This document shows positions 27,119-38,934 of a stretch of 64,000 bases of DNA, piece after piece. This DNA is from Sarea resinae (Eukaryota), in the NCBI GenBank assembly GCA_026026165.1, contig JAPEUD010000062.1, positions 1 to 64,000 on the forward strand, written 5' to 3'. Position 1 is the first letter of the stretch, and each line of letters opens with the position of its first letter. Both the position numbers and the translations under genes were made by a program. The notes under the pieces were generated by a model. It was given only the letters and a program-made list of their open reading frames with translations, was not told the origin of the DNA and searched no databases.

Positions 27119-27126
27119 TATAAATA
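27119..27126 (+). promoter_or_regulatory. TATA box of HSP12
   Basis: TATAAATA 135 bp upstream of the HSP12 ATG, followed by a pyrimidine-rich leader. Confidence 0.7.
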
Positions 27127-27253
27127 TTGCCCCTCCATCCATCGACTCTCTTCTTTTTCTATCATCCATCAACCATCACATCTCATACCATCTTCACTAC
27201 AGTCACCCAAGATCCTTTCAAATCAATCCAATCAATCATCCAATCTCGCAATC

Positions 27254-27691
27254 ATGAGTGACCTAGGACGCAAGGATTTCTCCACCAGTTCGTCTACCTA
27301 CCCTACTTGTTCTCCTAGAGAATCATCACTAACCTGCTTGACGTCTTCCAGAGGCCAAGGAGGGTATGACCCCCGACTCCAGCAAGTCTACTCTTGAGAA
27401 GACCAAGGAGACCTTCACGTCTGCTGGTGACAAGGCTGCTCGGTGCGTACATATCAGGTCCAAGATCCTATTCCCATTCCTCATGCTGATCGATTACCAG
27501 TGGTGCGCAACCCGACTCAGACAAGTCGACGATCCAGAGCACTTCCGACCACTTCGGCCGCAGCAAGGACCAGGCCACGCACGGTAGCTCCGAAGATAGC
27601 GTGTATGTTATTTGAAGCTACCCTGGTCATCCTGCAAGACGTTGCTGATCAGTCTTTTAGTATCGACAAGGCCAAGAACATCTTCAAGTAG
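27254..27691 (+). CDS. HSP12: Hsp9/Hsp12-family small stress protein, 4 exons (~85 aa)
   Basis: Spliced product MSDLGRKDFSTKAKEGMTPDSSKSTLEKTKETFTSAGDKAARGAQPDSDKSTIQSTSDHFGRSKDQATHGSSEDSVIDKAKNIFK; MSDxGRKxF and TPDSSKS are family signatures. Confidence 0.93.
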
Positions 27692-28049
27692 AGAGGTTCG
27701 ATGTTCTGATGTTCGGTACGAATTCAAGCAGCGATGATGATACGATAGCTCAACGGTAGCTCGTGGCGATAGATTTTGCTTTTGCGTATTATACCACTAT
27801 TAGGAGAATGAATACCAAATTACTCTGATACCAAAAAGCTCAATGAAATGTGAATGCTATGCTGATGCATTGAATGCATTATCCATCTTGGATGGCGAGC
27901 AGCGCTTTCATGGACCTTCAAGGCTGTCGGATGAAAATTTTCCTCTGCTAACCACTCATTCTTGACTGGCTACCTCGCTCGGCGAAGGGTTTCAACGGTT
28001 CACACGAGTTCGTTGATGGAAAAAGTATCTGCAGCCTGCGATGCAAGCC

Positions 28050-29182
28050 TTATGACGATCCTAAGAAACGAATAATCCACTCATATGTTGCCCACTAGAA
28101 CCAGCCGTCAGAAATAACTCTTGCAATACTTGCGGCTTGGGATGAGATCCTAGTATCATAGTACATACCTGCACCGCGTTGACGACAAAGGCCCTCGCAC
28201 TACACACGCCAATGCCACGGAAGAAAGCCCTGAATCCTTCCCGCTGATATATTTCCTTGGCAACAGCAACCGCCCCGCCATGTTCATGGCTAATGGTATG
28301 CCGACTGCGTGTGGGCATCAATGGAGCTTCGTCGGTCAATTGAGCCAACACAGGAGTAACTGTTGATATTTGCGTCTGTACCCGTGTTTTAATCACATCT
28401 TTCCCATTGTGAGCAGCTTGCGAGGTCGGTGAGCTCGTGGACGAAGCTTACCTAGAGGAAATATCGAGGCCCATGTAACGATGCCAGCTAGCCCACCGCA
28501 TAGGAGCACCTTGACCGCTGCTTGTCCTTCGCTTTCATCTGGCGTCGTCGCCCATTGTTTGCTGAGCTGATACGACCAGAAACTGTGTTATATTCAGCAC
28601 GGATGCCAGTCCGATGAGCGTGATTCAGGATGCCTACTAGAATCCGTAGCCCACTGCGTCCCTGACGCTGGTGACGCCGCCCCCAACATACAGACCTCGT
28701 ATTCCGCCGTCTCTCCAGATATCACGGGCTACTGTCCAAGAAGACCTCTCCCTGGATCCGAGCTGGACACGACATTTGACAAGCTCAGTAGGAGCGGACA
28801 CAGCCCACGTCGCCAACCCACCCACGGCACCCGCCGCCCAGATCTTCCACGGATTTAAGGGGTCCAGTGGGTCTTCACCAAATGCAGATAGGGTACGGTT
28901 GTACGAGACGAAGAGGAGCGCATTGAGAGCACCGTATCCCAGGATTGGTGCCGTGACGCCTACGACCATGATTCCTATGAGCTTACTGGGCAACAATTGG
29001 GGACCTGGAAATAAACAACCTCTGACTAAAGACCCAGCACTATCGAATTGGCCAGCCCATGATTCTCCACCCGACACGATGGGCCTCCCTGCCTGCAGTC
29101 TGACCTTCAGCAAGTCCAGTGGATTGCCGATTACGATACCTGCAGCCCCGCTAATGTAGCCGGCCCAGAAGTCGGCGGACAT
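28050..29182 (-). CDS. Mitochondrial carrier family protein (SLC25; carnitine/basic amino acid carrier-like)
   Basis: Three PX[DE]XX[KR] signatures (PLDLLKVR, PTELVKCR, PLDVIKTR); RDAVGYGF; RAFVVNAVQW; TAA at 28050-28052 after the final intron. Confidence 0.9.
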
Positions 29183-29611
29183 GATCTTGAAAGCTTCTTG
29201 TCCTCCTTCATGGCCTGGTCATGCGCAGCATCAGAGGCTCAAGGCGTCGTTGGCTATGACTTGCACTGCTTCTCTACTTGGCAGGATGCATTTTGGAATT
29301 GAGGAGCTGCCCCGCTCAGGTACCATCCGCCTTCAGGTTATCAGAGCACCAGCCGAGATAATTGTTGCCGATAGCATCACGTGAAGACGTGCCAATCAAC
29401 GTGTAAGCGAAAATCGTCACGTCCATCTCGACCGGGTCGTGTTGAGACAGCCTAGACATAGGCGTCAACATGGAAGCCTCCTTGATATTTCCATTATGTA
29501 GCTTCAAATACAATTTGGCTTTCTGAGATTTTGCAAACGAAGCTTCACCATACTCAGAATTAGCATTAGGCCCTTTGCATTGCCTGGCTATAGCTGCTGT
29601 TGAAGCGATCG

Positions 29612-32284
29612 ATGTGAGGCCTTCTGCCTTCCTCTGATGTGGCGACGATGACTTGCTGAAGATTCGTTAGGTATCGATCAAAGATCCTCAGCATCAGTCC
29701 CGGCCAGGAGAATCACACCCCAACGAAAAGGTCTTCGACATTATACGGCAGTACACCTCAGTCTGCTGATCGTCTTGTTCGACCATTCCGGTGTCCTGGC
29801 ATTGCAACCCCGACGCGAGCATCTGAGAAACCAGCCCGGAAGCGACGAAAGGTTAGCTATGCGGATGCAGATGGTAGCGTAGAGGATGGCGATAAGCCTT
29901 GGACGAATGAAGACAGGCTCGCCCTTGCGAACCGTGATGCCAACAAGTTTCCGGTATTCAAGGTCAAGGACAAAGAAACCGCCTTCCGCCAGCGGTTTGC
30001 TGTACCCATGATAAATAAGGAGGCTGGATACAATGCTTTCAGACCTTCACCAACCCTTGGGATGCGGCAAGGAGCCGTCTTTATTGCAAAGCCGTTGCAC
30101 GATCCGAGTGGAGAATTTGCTATCGTTTTGCATGACCCTACTATTGACGATAAGCCGCCGACGAAGGATGAATCAAAGGCAGATGAGCCAGAGAAGCCCA
30201 CATTGGACGTTCCAATCATGCATAAATCGCTCGCGGATATACTTGGATTGAAGAAGCAGGTGGATGATCGTCCACGGGTCCCAGTGGTTATCGATCCGAG
30301 GTTGGCTAAGGTCTTACGGCCTCATCAGGTTGAGGGTGTGAAGGTCCGTTTCTATCAGCCATACCAAACATACCATGACATATTGCTCACTGATTCTATG
30401 CAGTTTCTATACAGGTGTACAACAGGCATGATCGATGAAAATGCTAATGGCTGTATTATGGCCGACGAGATGGGTCTAGGAAAGACCCTACAATGCATCG
30501 CTTTGATGTGGACACTCTTGAAGCAGTCTCCTAATCCTGGCAAATCGACGATACAGAAGTGTGTTATTGCATGTCCGTCAAGTCTGGTGCGAAATTGGGC
30601 GAACGAGCTCGTGAAGTGGCTCGGACCGGATGCAATCACCCCATTTGCTGTGGATGGGAAAGCCTCTAAAGCGGAACTCACTTCTCAGCTCCGTCAATGG
30701 TCGATTGCCAGTGGTCGAGCAGTTGTCAGGCCCGTTCTGATCGTGTCTTATGAGACTTTACGTCTGAATATTGAAGAGCTGCAGCACACAACGATCGGCT
30801 TGCTTCTCTGTGATGAGGGACATCGGCTGAAGAACGGTGAGAGTCAGACGTTTACGGCTCTAAACAGCTTGAAGGTTGACCGAAGGGTTATTCTCTCGGG
30901 AACACCAATCCAGAACGACTTATCAGAATACTTTTCTCTCCTTACGTTTGCTAACCCTAATCTCCTGGGTACCCGGAATGATTTCCGAAAGAAATTTGAA
31001 ATACCGATCCTTCGGGGACGGGACGCCGCAGGTACGGATTCAGACCGAGCGAAAGGGGACGAATGTCTGAAAGAACTTTTGACCTTGGTTAACAAATTTA
31101 TCATTCGCCGCACGAATGATATCCTTTCGAAATATCTGCCCGTCAAGTACGAGCACGTGGTCTTTTGCAATCTTGCGCCCTTCCAAATGGATCTCTACCA
31201 GCATTTCATCAAGAGCCCCGATATCAAGAGTTTGCTCAGGGGGAAAGGCAGTCAGCCGCTGAAGGCTATCGGTTTGCTAAAGAAATTGTGCAATCATCCC
31301 GATCTTCTCGACTTGCCGTCAGACCTCCCAGGGTCGGAAGAATTCTTCCCAGAAGATTTCGTGCCCAAAGACTGCCGTGGTAGAGATAGAGAGGTCAAGC
31401 CGTGGTATTCTGGAAAGATGATGGTTCTTGATCGGTAGACATCACTCTCTACGTGGCTCAACTGTTGATACTGATTGTCGTTAGAATGCTCGCCCGAATC
31501 CGCCAGGACACAAACGACAAAATCGTCCTCATCAGCAATTACACGCAAACGCTCGATGTTTTTGATAAACTCTGTCGCGCAAGGGGGTATGGCTCTCTAC
31601 GTCTCGATGGCACCATGAACGTCAACAAGCGTCAGAAGCTCGTCGACAAGTTTAATGATCCGGAAGGAAACGAGTTTGTATTTCTTCTCAGCAGCAAGGC
31701 CGGTGGATGTGGTCTCAACCTGATCGGAGCCAACCGTCTTGTCCTGTTTGATCCAGGTAAGCTCCCAGATTTCATTCGCAGGTCCCCCATCACTAATTGC
31801 TTGATGCGCAGACTGGAACCCTGCCGCCGACCAACAAGCCCTCGCCCGTGTCTGGCGCGACGGTCAAAAGAAGGACTGTTTCGTCTACCGCTTCATCGCA
31901 ACGGGCACGATCGAAGAGAAGATCTTCCAGCGCCAATCGCACAAGCAGTCTCTCTCGTCGTGCGTCGTCGACTCGGCCGAGGACGTCGAGCGCCATTTCA
32001 GCCTCGATTCGTTGCGCGAGCTCTTCCAGCCCCGGTTCGAGACGACCAGCGATACGCACGATACCTTTCGCTGCAAGAGGTGCGACAAGCAGGGGATCCA
32101 GGTCAAGAAAGCCCCCGCGATGCTCTATGGCGATACGAGCACGTGGAACCATTTCGTCAACGTCCACTCCGACATTAGCAAGAGTGCAGATGGGGGTCGG
32201 CTGGCCAAGATCCAGGATCTGCTACTCAGACAGGAGGCCGGCGAGAGGGACGTCAGCGCCGTGTTTCAGTATATCAGTCATTGA
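29612..32284 (+). CDS. RAD54: DNA repair and recombination SNF2-family ATPase Rad54
   Basis: [12 protein letters not shown]-terminus; [76 protein letters not shown]; ends FQYISH. Start inferred as AT(29612-29613)/intron 29614-29670/G(29671). Confidence 0.95.
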
Positions 32285-33111
32285 TGGGGGCGGTGGAGGT
32301 GCGCACGTGCAGAGCTGTCAGAAGTTTTTTTTTTTCTTTTTCGGGTGTTTCCTCCTACCCGGCTTGGGCTAGATAGAGGGGCTATAGGTCGAGAGAGGGG
32401 AGGGGATAAGCAGCGAGGCAGCGATGGCGTAGGGGGGGGGAGGAGACAGAGACAGAGACGAAGCTGGAGATGGCGATTGGCGGTGATTTTGCTTCTGTAC
32501 CCCACACCAAGAGGATACCTATCTATCCATCTATAGAAGCATTCCTTCCCATCCTATCTTCTTCTTCTTTGCTTTGGTGTAGGATCGTTTGTTTCATTTT
32601 CCGTGCTCGCCCTTTTTTTCTCCCATCTCTTTCTTTCTTCCGTCCTTTCTTTCCCTGGGCCCTCTTTCCCATGTTCCTTTTTCTTGTCTTTTGGCCGGGC
32701 CCTTTTTCTTTTCCCCCCTTGGTTTCGGCTCACGCGGCGGCGTTTTCGGGATTGCTTCTTTGACTGAGTTGGGTGGGAGTGGTTTGAGTATTTCTATATT
32801 TACATATTTACATATTTACATATTTAGGTATTTAGGTATTTTATTTTGATTTTTTTTTTCTTTTTTCTCTTTTCATGCGTTTGTTTGTTTGTTTGTTTGT
32901 TTGTATGCGTGGAGATAGAGAGAGAGAGAGAGAGATGCAAAATGGGGTGGGTGGGGGTGTGGTCTGCTTGAGGTGGGTATAGGTAGTAAGTAGTAAGTAG
33001 TGAGTGAGTGGGTCTGCGGACGCAGATGCAGATGCAGATGCAGATGTAGATGTAGATGTAGATGGCTACGGTAGAATAGAATGGGAATAGAATAGGAATA
33101 GGAATATGAAT

Positions 33112-33162
33112 AGAAGAGAACGAAATCAGAAAAGAAGAGAACGAAATCAGAAAAGAAGAGAA
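33112..33162. repeat. 21-bp tandem repeat AGAAGAGAACGAAATCAGAAA (~2.4 copies)
   Basis: Read directly, inside the RAD54/NYN convergent SSR island. Confidence 0.85.
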
Positions 33163-33692
33163 GCACATATACTACGGAAAGGTATTCTACTACTACGAGG
33201 ACAGGACCTACGTTTTTTTGGACTTTTTCTTCGTGAAGCAAGCATTCTAGGGGGGGGGGTTAATCTATTAATGGATTAATTGATTGATTAGCTGGTTAGT
33301 TGGTTGGTTGGTTGTTTCTTTCCAGATAGATAGATAGATAGATACATAGATAGGAAGTGGGTGGCGCTCTGGTCTGCTTGAGGTGGGTCCTGGATTTGCA
33401 GACGCAGATATAGATGTAGATGTGGATGTGGATGGCTAGGATAGAATGGGGGTGAAATGAGGAGTGGACGTTCTAGTTCTTCTAGTACGACGATGGAATT
33501 CCCCTCCCCTCCCCTCCCCTCCCCTCTCTTCCTCTTCCTCTCTCGTGCTCGGAGAATTTGTAGACTGCCCCTGACAGAGACGACGTAGATTAGATAGATG
33601 CAAGATGCTAGAATGCGAAACGCAAGAGGTATATACAAGTATATACACATACAGATATACACCACCCTGAACTTTCGTCTCGACTCTCGTCC

Positions 33693-35276
33693 TCAAACGC
33701 CCACCAAGTCCTCGGCCCACTCATCCAGCTCGACGACCTTGAACATGCCGCCCCAGCGCTGCCGAAACGCCTTCTTGCGATACAGCAGGCTGGTATTGCG
33801 GACGAAGCTGACCAGCTCGACGGCCCAGCCCTTTTCGAGCGCGCGCTCGACCATGCGCAGGAAGCCCGGCGAGTACTCGGCCTCGGCCGCGTCGCCCGTC
33901 GCCAGCACCATCGTCGCCGGCACCGCGAAGTCGATCAGCGATTCCAGCATCTTGAGATGGATGATCTCGTCGACGGCTTGCTCGGTCCAGCGCGAGGGCG
34001 CCAGGGGCGCCGGGCTGCGGGTTGCGGTCGCGGTCGCGGGCGTGTCCGATCCGGATGATTGGCCGGATGTGCCCGTGCCAGTGCCCGTGCCGGTGCCAGT
34101 CCCTGTAGCCGAGGCGTATTTCCGCTGCCGTGCCGTCAGCTCCTTGGCTTTGTGGACTTTGTCCAGGATGTTGGTCTCGTAGCCCAGTTGTTTTGCCTCG
34201 TCAAAGGCGGGAATCATGGGCGTCGAGCCCACGAGCACGCGCTTGGAGACGGGGCGGCCGCGTTCGAGGATGAGCGCTAGTGAGTGGAAGGAAAAGGGGA
34301 CGCGGCGGACGTGCTGCGTGAGAGGGATCTGACGCGCTGCTTTCAGGGCGTCGTGGAAACCGATCATGATGTTCGAGGCGTCGATGAAGACGTGAATAGC
34401 CTGCAGATCTGACGATGCTTGTGTGGGGCGAGGATTGAGGAGTGACTGCCTTTCGGCGGGGAACTTCTCCAGGAGAGATAATGTCAGCCGGGCCTTTTTC
34501 TCGGCCGCAGACTGAACGACAAACGGCTGGATCTGATTGGAATATGGCGCAAATGGTTTTTGTTGTGGTTTTTGTTTTCGAAGGAATGGATTCGCTCCGG
34601 GCGATTGCTGGTACGCCTTGAGCAGGAGATGCTTCGGCGGGGACGACGACGAAGGCGGCGAGGACGAATAATCAAGTGCTGGGACGTCAGCCTTGTCGAT
34701 GGGCTTCGGTGAAGTGATGAGACGGTGCTTGCTGGCTTTGCGTGCCGGAGAACGTCGGGAGCTTTCTAATTCCCCCTCGGACTCGAAATCGCTCGCGGGG
34801 GTGTTACGCCGTAGAGCTGCTGCTTTCCTCCTCAACTTCCTCCTTTCGGCTTTGGTGAGTGGTCGGACAGCACGCGAGTCTGCTTTCTCTTCTGTATCAG
34901 ACGCCGGAGCGTCGAGCTCGTCTTGCCATCTGACGGCTTTGGGTACCGTAATCAGGTTCCCGGATAAATCTAAACTTTCATTGTCTTTTTTGGCTGGCGA
35001 CGTCTCAGAAGCCAAGGGAGTGACCTGAGGCGGTGGGACATCCAGAGGCGACCCCAAAAACCTCCAGATCTGGTCGAAGTTCCCGAGTCCCCTGGGTTCA
35101 TCCAACGGCTCGACCGTGGAATCGACCACTACCGGGAGCTCGTCTCGAAACTCATCCCGAAGCTTAGCATCGCCTCGGTTGAGCGCCGGTCTGCCGTCAT
35201 CGTTGTACGACAGCGAATAGATGAGATTGATCACGGGAGTGAAGTCCCAGCCACTGTCGCCGGAATGCGGCCGCAT
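33693..35276 (-). CDS. Uncharacterised protein with C-terminal NYN/PIN (LabA-like) domain, single exon, 527 aa
   Basis: HVFIDASNI, EQAVDE, MVLATGD, GF..VERALEKGWAVELVSF match the NYN/LabA-like PIN fold pattern. Confidence 0.8.
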   Translation of the reverse strand: MRPHSGDSGWDFTPVINLIYSLSYNDDGRPALNRGDAKLRDEFRDELPVVVDSTVEPLDEPRGLGNFDQIWRFLGSPLDVPPPQVTPLASETSPAKKDNESLDLSGNLITVPKAVRWQDELDAPASDTEEKADSRAVRPLTKAERRKLRRKAAALRRNTPASDFESEGELESSRRSPARKASKHRLITSPKPIDKADVPALDYSSSPPSSSSPPKHLLLKAYQQSPGANPFLRKQKPQQKPFAPYSNQIQPFVVQSAAEKKARLTLSLLEKFPAERQSLLNPRPTQASSDLQAIHVFIDASNIMIGFHDALKAARQIPLTQHVRRVPFSFHSLALILERGRPVSKRVLVGSTPMIPAFDEAKQLGYETNILDKVHKAKELTARQRKYASATGTGTGTGTGTGTSGQSSGSDTPATATATRSPAPLAPSRWTEQAVDEIIHLKMLESLIDFAVPATMVLATGDAAEAEYSPGFLRMVERALEKGWAVELVSFVRNTSLLYRKKAFRQRWGGMFKVVELDEWAEDLVGV

Positions 35277-35837
35277 GTAACGCGAAAAGGGTTGACTGAT
35301 GCAGCTTCCCGAGTTGGGAGAAGCCGAATCGCCACAGCAATTGAAGATTGAGAAGGCGGTGAATCGGACTACACAGTCGGTACCAGTCAGTCAAGCTTCG
35401 AGCAGACTGCATTTGCATTTGAACTCACTCAGACAGGATGATAATGTACGATTATCATCGCTGATGATTTAAATTCGATGGGCCTGGAAAGGCGAGGTGG
35501 AGGTGAAGTTCGAGGTTGAGAGGTTGGGAATAGACAAGTTGAAGATGGTGGAGGGGCAACATTGGGTAGTGAATGGGCACGGCTAAGTCTCGCGAGGCGA
35601 ACGGACAGCAATACGGAGTAGAGTAGAGTCATCATCACCTCCAGCGGCAAGGAATGGCGCTAGGCCGTATGTGGCAACACCACAATAATCCCCAAGGGCG
35701 GATTCATATTCACTCGATTTTCTTTTGCAGTTGATATTCGTTTGGTTTGTACGGTCATCTGGCCCTATCACTACACCAGAACCATCCTCACACGAGAGCA
35801 TTACATATCGAGGTACTATCTAATTGTTCGAAACCCC

Positions 35838-38414
35838 TTATGGCTTCCCTGGCTTTGCCTCTTCCTGGTCCTCCTTGCCATCGTCTTGCTCATCCTCGTC
35901 CTCGTAATCTTGCAACGTCTCTTGAGCTACGAGACATGGGTCAGTATTTGGGCGCTATAGTCTCGGATAGAGTGCTTACTGCTCCAGAGCTCCGAATAGA
36001 GGCCACCCGTGTCGATTAATTGGCTATGCGTTCCACTCTCGGCAACCTGTCCAGATCGCAGCACGATGATCTGGTCGCTGTCATAAATCGTTCGGAGACG
36101 ATGCGCTACGAAGACGCTTGTCCGTGCCTTTTCTTTCAGGATGCCGTTAATGTTCTGGAGAAGAGACTGCTCCGTATGAGTATCCAAGGCCGAGGTCTGA
36201 GTGATTATTAGTCGAGCCAACACGAGCAATCTGACAGGAGCATACCGCTTCGTCGAAAAACAGCAACGGCGGATCTTTCAAGATCAACCGCGAAACAGCT
36301 AGTCTTTGCTTCTCGCCACCTTGGAAGAATCAGATTTGCTTATTCAAGCTTCGGCGCGCTGTTTCACTCACCTGATATCATCATGCCTCGTTCGCCGACC
36401 ATAGTATTGTACCCTTCTGGAAACCCTTCGACAATATCGTGGATGCGAGCTCTCTTTGCCGCCTTGATAACGTCATCAGTCGATGCTTCAAGGTTGCCGT
36501 ATCTTATATTATGCTCGATGGTATTGTTGAAAAGGGGTGTATCCTGAGGAACAACCCCAATGGATCGGCGCAAGCTGTCGAGACTGACATTACGAATATC
36601 CTGGCCATCAATCAAGATCCGTCCTTCCTGGACATCGTAAAAGCGAAAGACAAGTCGGAGGATGGTCGATTTGCCACAGCCGCTCGGACCCACAATGGCA
36701 ATTTTCTTGCCGGCTGGTATTGTCAGGTTGAGGTTTTGGAGAATCGGTCGATCAGGGTGGTAGCCGAATGTGACGTTTTCGAACTTGATCTCGCCTCCTG
36801 TGAGCTTCAGCGGCTTGGGATCAACTGGATCTTTGACGGCCACATTCACTTTCTGCAGATTAAAGAGAGTTTCCATGTCCAGTAGAGATTGCCGAAGTTC
36901 CCGATAGACCGAACCAAGGAAGTTCAACGGTACGGAAAGTTGGAAGACTAGCTGGTTGACCATGACTAGATCTCCAACGGTCAGAGTGCCCTCTGCAACT
37001 CCGTTGGCGGCCAAATACATCATGGCAGTCAGCGCGGAGGAGAAGATTATGTTCTGGCCGGAATTGAGGAAAGCCAAGGATGTAGCGACTTTGATAGATG
37101 CGTTTTCGTAGGATTTGAGAGCCGCGTCGTATCTTCCAATCTCGTGCTTCTCGTTGTTGAAATACTGGCAATAGTCAGTCGATGAAATGCCTTTCCCACG
37201 TAGCAAAGCGCACCTTGACGGCTTCATAATTGATAAGAGCATCGACAGCCGTCGTTGCCCCCTTGTTATCCGCTGCATTCGCCTTTTTGCGAAATTGGGT
37301 TCTCCACGAGGTCGTGAAGATGGTGAAAGCCGTATAAGCCACCATAGTTGCAGCTGTTATCGCAGCAAATTTCGCACCATATTGATAAGTCTAGGGCCGG
37401 TCAGCGAGGTTACAAGGTCAACACTGTCTCCACATACCAAGATACCGCAGACCATGGAGATCTCCAACGCGGTGGGAAGGATATGGAACACCATCGACGT
37501 CAGCAGGAAGCTGATACCTTTCGTTCCCCTATCGATCGCTCTCGTCAAACCTCCTGTCTGGCGAGAGAGATGAAAGCGCAAATCCAGTTGAAGTAAATGG
37601 TCGAACACATTGCATGCCACTCTTCGAATTGCCTTTTGAGCCACACTCGCAAAAATCGCATTGCGTAGTTCCTGGAAGACGGCCGCTCCGATTCTCGTCA
37701 CGCCATCTATAAAAATCAGTCGAGATAGCCTTAGAATTTAGGAGGGTTTCTCCATACATGCTATAATCATCGACCCGGCGACTGTGTACGCGGTGCCCCC
37801 CACAGCAGCAAAGTCGATATTCATCGAATCGACAATACTTTTGAAGTAAAAGGGCACTTGCACGTTGAGGACCTTGAAGAAATGTCATTAGCCCAAATGC
37901 TTCAGCCCAGCGCCTGGCATCCATTACCTTTGCCCCGATGAGTAGAGCCACTGACAATCCGACGCGGAACTTCGTCCCCATATTATCCTTTGCAAAAGTC
38001 AGAAAATAAGGTCATCGGCGCGATACTGACGACAGATACCTTCGGCCACAAGTACTGCGCCATCTCCTTCATGATCGCCCAGTCGGCCTTGCGCTGCTCT
38101 TTATTCGACACCGTCTGCTCAGCCAGTAGCTGGTCCGGTTTAGGGCCCCCAGTACCCTTCAGCACTGCCGGCTTCTGCACCGTCTCCGGCTTCACGCTTT
38201 CCAAAGACTCATTCTTCTGCTGGCTATCCTTCAACGCCTTGATCCGTGCGCTGTTATCATCGCGGCAAAGGCGCGAGGTCGTTGCAAATATCCGGACCGC
38301 TGGCCGGCCCAAGAGACAGCTCCGATGCCACGACGATTTCGCGGTTGGCTGCGAAGCCCGGACCAGCCGTGCAGCAGTGGTGCCGGAGCTCCTCAACAGC
38401 TGGCCAGACAGCAT
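35838..38414 (-). CDS. ATM1: Mitochondrial ABC half-transporter Atm1 (Fe-S cluster export)
   Basis: Presequence-like N-terminus; [23 protein letters not shown]; Walker [37 protein letters not shown]; final exon ends KPGKP* (TAA 35838-35840). Confidence 0.95.
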
Positions 38415-38934
38415 TTTCTCTTCTCACTGATCCAAGCTCTTTTCCGATGATGGTTGCCGACTCGGCGACATTGCCCACATAGCACCACGCAGCTCCGAGA
38501 ATCGCGCGGCCTATCGATAAGCTCGCCACCGACACGGGCGCAAGAGTGTCGGAATCCGCAAGCTCGACGGCGCGCTCAGCTTGACCAGGCAAGCAAGCAG
38601 TTTGATTGTCGATAGAGGAGAATAGCCAGCGAGAAATATATCAATCAAGGGCGTTGGCGAGTGATTCTGAAAGAACGAGGTCGGTGATCCTCTCCCAACG
38701 GTCGACGTGCTTGGGCGGCCAAATTGCGCATTTGCCTGCGTGCTCGGGCGGGCTCAGGGCTCTCGGCTGCGGTTGTTGGTGTGCGGCATCGAGACATCAT
38801 CGCGCGTTACGGAGTACGCTTCCAAGTTCTCGTTCTCACCGTGAGGGATTGTCGTATTCGTAGATCTGTACTCCGGAGACTCTCCTTCGACTCAACCTCC
38901 CCGGAGCCCTCTCTCAACACCACCACCACGTTCG

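Noticed and set aside
27734..27828. ATGATGA...CTGA box C/D snoRNA-like pair
   Set aside because: It is in the HSP12 3' UTR, with no terminal stem and no rRNA-complementary guide that I could recognise.
30951..30960. CTAACCCTAA telomere-repeat/telomerase-template-like sequence
   Set aside because: It lies within a RAD54 coding exon (FANPN); a single chance occurrence.
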